This document shows positions 53,616-64,000 of a DNA stretch of 64,000 bases, in pieces. The stretch is taken from the NCBI GenBank assembly GCA_951406725.2, contig OX597827.1, forward strand, positions 14,942,001-15,006,000. Reading direction: 5' to 3'. How positions within the stretch are numbered: the first letter of the stretch is position 1; the number at the start of each line of letters is the position of its first letter. The DNA comes from Octopus vulgaris. Its lineage: Eukaryota. Under the pieces are notes generated by a model, which was given only the letters and a program-made list of their open reading frames with translations, had not been told where the DNA came from and searched no databases. A program made the translations under genes and the position numbers.

Positions 53616-54514
53616 TTTACGTGCACTTTACCTTGTCGATATCGGCGATGTCCAAGCCTCCGTTTCGGTTGCCTCTCACGACACACGTAACAGAATACTT
53701 TTCCTCCCGTAATATATGCTGAACCTATATTCTAACATTCTAGATATACATGGTCTCATGAGAGAAAACAAACAATACTATTACATGATATTCACACCTT
53801 TCTTAGAAGGAGTGACACGGACTAGAGCAATCGAAAGACAATTGCGTATATAGACCATGTGATAGGCTTAGCTCACTGTGTGGTTATTACTTCCACTTTA
53901 CAGCACACATGGATAAGTCAGTGACAAAATTTCACTAACATATTATGTTTTATAGCTTACCATAATATTTTCTATATATAGTAACTTACTAAAATATAGC
54001 ATGCTTTATGCTAAGCAATATACAGTACGACCTCATAAATTTAGATGTATGTATCTGTACAGTAACTAACATACATTTCATTGAAAAAAAATTATTATGT
54101 AAGAAATTTCTGAGGAATATCAGCTAGATATTGAAATATTATTTCAAGGCTTCAGTTAAAAATTTTTATTAAATTGCTCCGCATAAATATCGAGAGTTAA
54201 ATTTTTATCTGTTAACGTCTGAGGCAAACCACAATTCACTGACTACATGCACCATATATATACATACATATATAAATGTATGTATATATATATATATCTG
54301 TAAATGTAATATGTGACAATTATTCGGTAGCCATGATAATACTCCGAGTTTCGGATGCCGAGGTGGAAATCCATGCCACCATCTCTTCAATTATCCAGCC
54401 ATCGGAATGATGCTATGAAAAATAAATTCCTCTATTTACATAATATCAAGGTCTCTTTCTTTCTTTTGTTGTCTTCCCATTTTTATCAATATATATATAT
54501 AAATGTATGTATAC

Positions 54515-54545
<31 letters not shown>

Positions 54546-55185
54546 TATACTGCACAGTTCCTAATATGTTGGGAAAATTCTTCTTTTGCATTATAATATA
54601 AAAGAAAATGTACAATAAAAAAAAGAACTACTTACATGGATAAATACTGTTGTTATTCTTTAATCATATTCTTTAATCATATTTATAATTGGTGTAATAA
54701 AATAGATATGTATCTAGAAAGTCATGAGAGGTTTGTTAGTGGTGGAGTGTTGTTGTTTTTTGTTATTGTTGTTTTGTCAATAATTTTACAGCTTCTTAAA
54801 CATATAAAGATAACTGAAAGGCTCTTTGCTGATGATGCAGTAAATCTCCCATCTCCAGTTGATTGCTGAAACTTTAGTAATATTACCGCAAATCGAAAAA
54901 GGTGTGTGTGTGTGTGTAATATATTGAGATATGGAATTTATATGAAGGATTTACAGAATGGAAATTAAAATGTATGCATCCTGTCACCCTGTTGGTTGAA
55001 GATCCTTAAATATTCTCGATCATTTCAACACTGGGTCATTCTAGGTCAATGGGTCATTCTACTGAGCTACCTAGCAGGTTAACTAATCCTCTAAGAAGTT
55101 TTTAAAGATGAGGACTTAATTACATTTCATGAAAATCCATCCCATCACATCACCAACCAAGCTTAATTTTAGCTTGATGTAACAG

Positions 55186-55241
<56 letters not shown>

Positions 55242-55409
55242 CACAATTACTGGAATAAACAGAAATTACTGGGATGCCATGAAATATGAGCTCCAATCAA
55301 AATGTAACCTGTTTAGAATTTACTTCAAATAGGAATTCATCTGTCACCCAAAGAAATTTTACAAAATATAAACTGATCAGATAGCTTTCATACTGATAAC
55401 TTCATACTA

Positions 55410-55699
55410 TCTATCTATCCGCTCAGTCGAAGTCGACTCTCGGTTACTCGTTGGATCAGTGTCCTCCAGTCAGTTCTATCCTGGGCCGCTTCTTTCAGAT
55501 TGGCTATGTCCATTCTGGTATCACTCTTGATGGTGTCAAGCCAGCGGGTTCTTGGTCGGCCTCTTCCTCTCTTGCCACTGACCATTCCAAGCATGATGTC
55601 CTTCTCCAGGGATTTTCTCCGCAAAATATGACCAAAATATGCCAATCTATGCTCGGTGATCCTAGGTTCTAGTGACATTTTCGGCCTGATCTGCTTAAG
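55410..55699 (-). mobile_element. 5'-truncated RTE (BovB-like) LINE with 12-bp TSD
   Basis: LAYFGHILRR...LEKDIMLG...RGRGRPRTRWLD...DRTDWR...RLSG*. TSD aacttcatacta at 55398-55409 and 55700-55711. Confidence 0.9.
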
Positions 55700-55713
55700 A
55701 ACTTCATACTACT

Positions 55714-56260
55714 TGACCCTTTTGAGTTCAATCTGCCTGGGACCACCCTGTTTTTATGATAGATTCATTTTAAAGTATTTGTATGAAGAACTTCTTGTTA
55801 ATCTTTTTCTTACCATATTTCTCTTGAAACATATGATCTTCATGTCAATTTATTTTGAAAATTATGAAGAACTTGGTAAAATAACTTTGCCATTATCCCA
55901 CTGGTGTCTGGTATAAAGGCAGTGAGATGACAGAATCATTAGTAAGCTTAGCAAAATGCTTGGCAGCATATCATCCATCTTTACACTTTGAGTTCAAATT
56001 CCACTGAAGTCAATGTTGCCTTTCATCCTTTTAAGGTTAATGAAATAAGTACCAGTTGAACACTGGGGTCAATGTAATCGACTGGTCCCTTCCCACAGAA
56101 TTTCAGGCCTTGTGCATATAGTTGGAAGGATTAAGCTGGTGTCTAGTACAAATTAACATGAGATTTTAATGGACAGTTTTACTTTAGGTCACTTAAAAAC
56201 AGAAAGTTTGTATCAGGGAATGAGAAATGGTCTTGGATGGGTTGGTATCAAAAGGGTTAA
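55714..56260. mobile_element. piggyBac-type MITE with nested SINE A variant (55916-56132)
   Basis: ttga|cccttttgag ... tatcaaaaggg|TTAA. Confidence 0.6.
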
Positions 56261-57398
56261 GTTATTTTCTAAATACCAACTTAATAATGAGGAAGTTAGC
56301 TGCTTTACTAAAATCCTTCCAAATTCTTGTTTATTTTCAAAATTTATCGAAATTTATTTTCAAAATTCTTGTTTATTTTCAAAATTTATTGAAATGCATA
56401 AGCAGTGAATTTCAAGTTTATGCGATTAACCAAGGAATCTTGTTAACTAATTCTTGACTGGGTTCAGGCTATTCACTTCAGCAAACCATTTCTTTAAATC
56501 AAACCATTTATTCAAAAATAGCCATTTTGTTTACACATGATACCTCATTTCAACATGGTAAGGCTAAGGTGAATATAATGGCCTCAACAACATAGCTCAA
56601 TGCCACTGATGGGAAACAAATCAAAAAAATCAATACTTTATTCAATCACCTATATAGATCTAACTTCAGGAAAAAGACTACACTTTCAATTCATACTCTA
56701 AATAAAATTGTCTTGATGATATTTTTGTTGCATTTATTTTATTATTACTGTTATTATTTTTTAATTGAACCTGGATTAAGTTGATCTACAATTGCTGCAT
56801 AGTGGTGAACTGGTTTACTGGGTTTGAAACTTATCAAGGATCAATTAGATTTTCATTGCTCCAAGGTCAATAAAATATATTTTATTAAAATACAGAGAAA
56901 CATATTTATTACAAAACCATTACCATGGGGATTGTAGACATCTCTAAAACAGTTGATTTGGGATTTTTTATCTAGTCAACAAGGATTGATTGGACACAAT
57001 CAATAGAACCTGATCTAATCTAATTTAAACCCTTGATGGAAAATTACCAATATTATTATTTATTAGTAGTAAAAGTGTTATTCCATTGAAAAAGGGGTTT
57101 ATTTTTTTAATTTGTTGTATCACCTTGTAAATTCATCTATTACTTCCCATCTAGGACTTCCTTAACTGCAACTAGACCTCATGGGCTAAAAGCACATTCT
57201 TTCTACCAGATAATGAAGAAGATGGTGCAAGAAGGAGGTCAACAGTTTCAACTTACCACTATGGAACTATGGCATTAGTTAAAGAGCAGACGTGCAACTT
57301 GCTTCATTTCTGTAACAGAACAGAATTCATGAAGATATCAACACTTTAATAGAAAGCGAAGGAATATCATTTAAAAATATCTCCCGACTTTGCCCCTT

Positions 57399-57440
<42 letters not shown>

Positions 57441-57734
57441 AGTACCTATCCCTTTCTATTTTGCTTACCTTCTGGGAATCTATCATTGTATATGAGTGGC
57501 TTTCTTTCTCCTTTCCACATGCAAGTATGAAGTTAAATGTTTATGGAGGACAAAAGAGATGGACTTAATGCTGGGACAGTTATTCTGCCTTTAATCCCAG
57601 ATTGGTCAAATGTGTCAGTGAAATGGAGAATAAGAAAAAGCTGCAACAAGGAACTGAAACTGGATGATTTGATCCAATTTGCCAGTTTACTTATCTTCTA
57701 GGGAGAATATATGCAACAAAAAAAGAAAAAAAAA

Positions 57735-57917
57735 AGAAAAGACGTAGACAGGTGATGTACAAAACAAACAGATGTATTAGTATAACGCTCAGGAATAGAA
57801 AAAGTCTTTTACGTTTCGAGCCTACGCTCTTCTACAGAAAGGGACACAGAAAAAACAAGGGGAGAAACAAGAAGAGAAAAAAATGTGTGTAGTGGCTAAC
57901 GATCTATCATGGCGACC
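57735..57917 (-). mobile_element. Small repeat with variant hammerhead motif
   Basis: Near-identical to 34956-35148. Confidence 0.7.
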
Positions 57918-59057
57918 TATCTTCTACCCTGTAGTGCACATCTCTACCAAACATTATGGGATGCTTAAAGATACATATATCATATCTCCAGTTCTATTAT
58001 TAAGTGCAACAGTAATCAATCTTAATGAGGATGCACGGCCTAATGTATATAGATCGCTACGTTCACAAGTGCGAGATTATGGTTTCAATTCCTGGACCGG
58101 GCAGTACTTTGTGTTCTTGAGCAAAACATTTTGTCTCACATTGTTCTGCAATGCTTCAACATCTGACATGTGGAACACCATGCAATCTGTTCAGGCTATG
58201 TTGATTTGATGGTGGGAGGAAGTGAGCTTCTGTACAACACAAACTTTTGACCACTACAAACGAATCACCTGTGCAGGTTGTCCAGCAAGAAATTGCAGAA
58301 TCATCTTTCCTTGGACTTGAGCGACGACCAAGAAGAAGAAGAAGAAGTTAACCTTACTTCTCCCTCACAGATGATACGTGTTTTAGTAATCACCCAATCC
58401 ATTGATCTCTTATGAAAGACAAATTTGTGCTCATCTCGTTAACAAAACATTTGTTTTCCTTATTTTGTCTTCTCTTATGAATTAGAACTTTTTGGATTCT
58501 TGTTTTTTTTACTCATGGCTTTGAAGAAAAAGAGTATTGCTGATGATCCTCTTTCAGAGCTTCCATGACTGGTTTGACAGAAGTAATGAAGTTATCTTAA
58601 GAGCAAAGCTGACCTATTCTGAAGGCTTGTAACAGAATGTACTCTGTTAAACCACACAAGAACCAGGTGTGGTGTTAAACATGGTGACACACCAAGAACA
58701 CATTCATTAATGGATGCCATAATAATTCACCATGCTATTTCCAGCTATGCATTCAGAAAATGTGCTAGAGGAGAAACCATTTACTTCTGTTTCAAAATAT
58801 AAGAAGTATTACATTTATATTCATGTTTTTTAAAATTATTTGACCAAAGGATGAAAGGCAAAGTCGACCTCGGCGGAATTTGAACTCAGAACGAGGAGAA
58901 ACCATTTACTTCTGTTTCAAAATATAAGAAGTATTACATTTATATTCATGTTTTTTAAAAATTGTTTGACCAAAATAAAGGGTTGCTGCGTCCATGGCCT
59001 TCACACAGGTGAAGTCCCTCCAATACTTCTACATTGAGCATTCCAGATAGTTAAGTA

Positions 59058-59286
59058 TGAAGGGCGTGCTGAAAAGTTCCTGACTTTAAGGGCATTGCAA
59101 AAGGCCTGGCTGGAGGCCCAACCATCCAAGTTCTTTTACAGGGTTTAGTAAAAATGAAGGACTGCTGCCATCAGTGTGCCATAAGTGCCATAATCTGAGA
59201 GGGGAATATGTTGGATAAAATCATAATTAACTCATCCTCCCGTAATTTCTTTTGCCCAAAGCCAGGAACTTTTCAGCACCCCCTCA
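59058..59286 (+). mobile_element. Internally deleted mariner (MITE)
   Basis: TA|tgaagggcgtgctgaaaagttcctg ... caggaacttttcagcaccccctca|TA. Retains a transposase C-terminal trace (AWLEAQPSKFF...LRGEYV). Confidence 0.8.
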
Positions 59287-59449
59287 TAAGTAAGATGCCA
59301 GAGCAGTTTGTATCTAATGCTTCAGTATTGTGCCGCAGTTAGGGGGAAAACACTTATCCCTCAAAGGCTCACTTCATGTCATTTTTTAATGGATATCATA
59401 GAGCTTGCTATAAAGAGTAGGAGAAATGTTGTTTTCTTATAATTATTGT

Positions 59450-59792
59450 TTCTCTCACTCTTTCTTCCTGTTTCTGTTGTACCTGTATTTCAAAGGGGCC
59501 AGCCTTGTCACACTCTCTGTCACGGTGAATCTCCCCGAGAACTACGTTAAGGGTACACGTGTCTGTGGAGTGCTCAGCCACTTGCATGTTAATAAATAAG
59601 CTGTGACGTCACTGGTGCCAAGCTGTATCGACCCCTTTGCCTTTCCCTTGGATAACATCAGTGGTGTGGAAAGGGGAGGCTGGTATGCATGGGCGACTGC
59701 TGGTCTTCCATAAACAACCTTGCCCAGACTTGTGCCTGGGAGGGTAACTTTCTAGGTGCAATCTCATGGTCATTCATGACCAAAGGGGGTCA
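59450..59792 (+). mobile_element. 5'-truncated SINE-like element (family H)
   Basis: Starts with the tttctctcactctttc module shared with families D/E, then a GC-richer distinct body. Confidence 0.5.
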
Positions 59793-60158
59793 CAATCACA
59801 CAATCAATTGTTGTTGTTATTTCTATTTAGCTGATTTATAATCAAAGTTATTCCAGTAATGGTCGTCCAGTCTAATTTTTCAGCCATAGTATATCAGTGA
59901 CTACAAAATCCAATATGTCTAGCAAAATAAGTGACCACTTATAGATAGATACCCTCCTTCTAAAATTCATTCATTCCTCTTTGATGTCTCATTAGTTTGC
60001 AGTTCAGTTACGCATATAAGTACAAATTGTAGATAGATGTGTTAATGAGTTCCACCATGTTCACTTGTCCTACACACACTGACAACACCAAACTGCAGTA
60101 TTCAGTGATGCAACAATGACAAAAGTGTAATGGGACATGCAACTACTGTCTATAAAAC

Positions 60159-60355
60159 CGGCTGATCTGGAACCCAACCTAGGCCCCCATATCTACGGTG
60201 TTCGCCGCTGGAATAAGGAGTGGTTGGAGATCATGCGGTCGTTAGCCTCAAATCACCAGGCCTGGTCGGCATTTGTGAGAGATGCAGCATTGAGGATGAA
60301 TGAAGCCAGCTCAACACACCGCGGGTGAATGCTGTCTCAAGTCAAGTCAAGTCAA
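60159..60355 (+). mobile_element. 5'-truncated RTE-clade LINE end with (CAAGT)n tail and 11-bp TSD
   Basis: DLEPNLGPHIYGVRRWNKEW...LASNHQAWSAFVRDA*. TSD gtctataaaac at 60148-60158 and 60356-60366. Confidence 0.8.
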
Positions 60356-61174
60356 GTCTATAAAACTACATTTACAAAAAAATAAATTGAATATTAACTG
60401 GCAATTTTTACATAACTTATGCTGATGTCTGCATGGTGAGTGCACACATGCATATGTATGCATGAGAATGTGTATGTGTACCTGTTGGTTGAGGCTGATA
60501 TGTTTCAGTAATTCAAAGTTTATTAGTAACTTGACTGAATATAAGTTAAGAAGACCAAGACACTTGTCTATATTTCTGAAATTCGCTATTACTACAGTCG
60601 TGTGTACTTATCAAACCCATACACTTCATATTTTTGTTCAACTCCTTTTGTTAACAGATTTCTCTTGAAATATATTTCCATTGCTTTAATTAATTTTGAA
60701 AATAATGAAGAATTTGTAAAATAACTTTTGTCACTCTATAGATGAAAGGTTTGGAATGTAATTAACTTGAAATTCTGATGAAAGGTTTAATACAAATCAC
60801 TAAAAAACAGTAAGTTTTTATCATACAACCAAATCACTAAAAGCAGGAAGTTTTTACCACAGAACCAAAATCAGTCTCTGGCAGGTTGGTACCAAAAGGC
60901 TTAAGGTCTTCAACAAGAGTCTAATTTTCAGAACAAATAACAAGGTTCTTGCAAAATAGGGACCCAAATCTGCATTTATCAAGGTCACTGTTATTACTTT
61001 TTGTGACGGTACCTGTTAATCCTTGATGTTGTATAAATAAATCATTGGTAGAACAGAATGACTATTTTAAGATGGTGGTCTTGATTATTTTTGTATTTCT
61101 AAATATATTTTTTTCTTTTTGTTTATATGTTTCTGGTATATCTTCTGGAACAACATTTACCATTCATATTTTGT

Positions 61175-61535
61175 TTGCTCACATCATTGGACTGCAGCCA
61201 TGCTAGGGCACTGTTTTGAACAAGTTGGCTCCATTACTTATTTCTTAAGTCTAGTACTTAGTCTGTTAGTCTCTTTTTCGTTGGACCACTACGTTACATG
61301 AATGTAAACAAACCAACACAAGTTGTCAAATGTTTATGGTAGTAGAGAACACTGATACAAAACACACACACACACACACATGTGTAATATGCTTCCACAC
61401 TGTTTCCATTAACCAAATTCACTCACTGGCCATACTGGGACTATGCTAGAAAATACCTGCCCAAGGTACCACACAGTGGGACTGAACCAGACACCACATA
61501 ATATCAAAGCAAACTTGTTCATCACACAGCCATGC
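61175..61535 (-). mobile_element. SINE family B, diverged
   Basis: Degenerate match. Confidence 0.65.
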
Positions 61536-61651
61536 TTCACAAAAGCTATTCAATTAAAAGCATTCAATTAAGAATGAACTTAAATTTTTATTTCTCACCC
61601 AAAGTTTCAACACCTTTTATTTTTATCTGCGGTGTTAGAATCCTTGTAGAT

Positions 61652-62025
61652 CAGTGATTCTTAACCAGGGTCCACATGGCCCCATGAGGGTCCATATAAT
61701 ATTTCTTTTGTGGGACGTGGCAGAGTCCACATAGCAATACAGTAAATTAGAGATCCACAATAGAATTTGAAGGGTCCCTGACAAAATTCTGCTCCAGATG
61801 TATGTATTGGTTATGTATTGCAAGAAACAGCTGGGTTTCTTTCTCTAACATTTTACAAAGTTCAACCTACATAATTTTAAGTGTGAAAAGCAAAATGGGA
61901 ATTTTGAAAGAAGTCCCTATACAACTAGCTTTTAAATACTGAAAGGCTCTGGGGTCCACCAGAATAAAATGATAATCAAAGGGACCCATAGATACAAAAA
62001 AAAAAGGGTGAGAATCCCATCACTG
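61652..62025. mobile_element. hAT-type MITE
   Basis: cagtgattcttaacc ... gggtgagaatcccatcactg termini with subterminal ggg(t/a)cc(c)a repeats. TSD unclear. Confidence 0.55.
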
Positions 62026-62354
62026 TAGATAATGACAGCAAAAATATTTGATAGATCTTTACCTGTTATAGTAATCTTGTGTCTTCTGAAATTCGCCAAC
62101 ACTAACTACACCTGATATTCCCAGCTCCATATTCATGCACACAGGTATATCATGACTCATACACTGTTCACTTTTCTGACTTTTATGCATGCACCTTTGA
62201 TAAGTTGTAGTGCACCTGAACACTATACACAATAATTTCATTATTATTATTGTTATTATTATTATTTTTAACATTGTAGATAGTAAACAAAATGTTGAAA
62301 CTCTTGGTTAGAAATAAAATTTCTGCTTTCATTCCTAACTAAATGCTATAATAG

Positions 62355-62541
62355 ATATGCTTGTGTGATTAAACGTGTGTTTCCAATCCCATGGTTCTGG
62401 GTTCAGTCTCACTGCACAGTGGTACCTTGGGCAAGTGTCTTCTGCTATAGCCGCGGGCCTGCGAGTAGATTTAGTAAACGGAAATTGAAAGAAGCCCATC
62501 GTGTGTGTGTGTGTGTGTGTGTGTTTGTGTGAGTGTGTGTG

Positions 62542-62582
<41 letters not shown>

Positions 62583-62800
62583 GCACATCTTTGTGTCTGT
62601 GTTTGTCCTCCACCACTATTTGACATCTGGTGTTGGTGTGTTTATGTCCCCACAACTCAGTGGTTCAGCAAAAGAAACTGATAGAATAAGTACTAGGCTT
62701 ACAAAGCAAGTGCCAGGGGTCGATTCATTTGACTAAAGATTTTTCAATGTGGTGCCCCAGCATGGCCACAGTTTAATGACAGAGACTACTAAAAAAGAGA
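62355..62800 (+). mobile_element. SINE family B, diverged
   Basis: Match to family B. Confidence 0.75.
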
Positions 62801-62891
62801 AAAAATAGAAGATATAAGTGAGGAAGTGTTGTTCCTTAATATAATCAGAACCATACTAAACGAAAATACATATTTAGAAATACAAAAATTA

Positions 62892-63021
62892 TTTTCTACT
62901 CAAGGCACAAGGTCCAAAATTTTTGGTGAAGGGACCAGTCGATTAGATCAATCCCAGTACGTAATTGATACTTAATTTATTGACTCTGAAAAGATGAAAG
63001 GCAAAGTCGACCTCGGCGGAA
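62892..63021 (-). mobile_element. 5'-truncated SINE A variant with 17-bp TSD
   Basis: TSD tagaaatacaaaaatta at 62875-62891 and 63022-63038. Confidence 0.8.
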
Positions 63022-64000
63022 TAGAAATACAAAAATTAAGATACCCATTGAGCAAAATTGCTTAATGAAAAATTAGGGGCCCATTTAGTAAACCCTAATA
63101 ATTTGTTGTGTTCTGTATATCAAACCTTTATTGAATACCCGAAACATGTTAATATAATAAAATGCTTCATATTTTCTGACATACAAGTTGACATAGTATA
63201 TAAGTTGAGGTGGGTTTTTTGCAGTCAAAAATAATCAATGTTTAAGTTGATACTCATCATATAAGTAGACTCCCCTCCCCTCTCCATTTTGTCCTGAATA
63301 ACCACTCTACCAGAGATTTTTTCGTTGCAGGTACATTCCTTTGACTGTAAATTTCTTGTCTGAAAAATTCAACTTACATGCCAGAAAATATGGTAAATCT
63401 TCTTGATCTAAGTGGTTGAATTAAAATGTATGAATCAAGTGAAAGATGTAATGTCCTTGAAATTGTTGTTTTGTATACCCCTAATGGTGATTCCAATACC
63501 ATTTTCCAGACAGTTCTATAAATAATTTATATTTATTATGGTCTGTACCAGTTATTTACCTCTTTCTAACCAGGATGATATTCATAAATTTCATTTCTCA
63601 GCCACAAATACTATAATATATCAGCATATAATATATACTATAGCATATCAGTATAGAGTTTATACTCCTGGATGTCAGTATATGATATCTGAGCATACAG
63701 TATATATTATATCAACATATATCATAAACTATATCAGTATATGGTATATATTGCAGTACATTAGTATCTATTATATACAAATACAGTGTATTGTATAGTG
63801 TATTATTATTAATATATAGTATATGCTATCATATATCAATATAGTATATACTATAGAGTATTGTATATACAGTAGTAAATCAGCATGCAGAACATACCAT
63901 ACTATTTCAGTACATAGTGTATTGAAAGGATAATTGATCAAATGTTCTTCCCAGTCCATAATCCTGCTTTTCAGATTCTGTGATAAAAATATCCACTGAA

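Noticed and set aside
63130-63395. pogo/Tigger-like MITE remnant
   Set aside because: Repeated tataagt(t/a)ga motifs are suggestive, but I could not define matching TIRs.

Overview
AT-rich, microsatellite-dense metazoan genomic DNA. It is almost certainly cephalopod (Octopus-like), inferred from the protocadherin type and the repeat landscape. The only convincing host coding sequence is one large minus-strand exon encoding a 6-EC protocadherin (ATG 11760, splice donor after 9382). The rest is intronic/intergenic: at least five tRNA-headed SINE families, 5'-truncated RTE and CR1-like LINE ends (several with clear TSDs), a decayed Penelope-like GIY-YIG remnant, a near-complete but broken mariner element (43615-44906), Tc1/mariner, piggyBac-type and hAT-type non-autonomous elements, Helitron-like repeats and many fold-back palindromes. 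The most interesting unannotated signal is a set of small non-coding repeats carrying type I hammerhead-ribozyme cores (CUGANGA...GAAAC-palindrome-NUH). One family fuses a Pol III tRNA head to a hammerhead and inserts with a head-to-head inverted duplication, as Penelope-like elements do. Family labels A-H are my own, and coordinates of decayed repeats are approximate.
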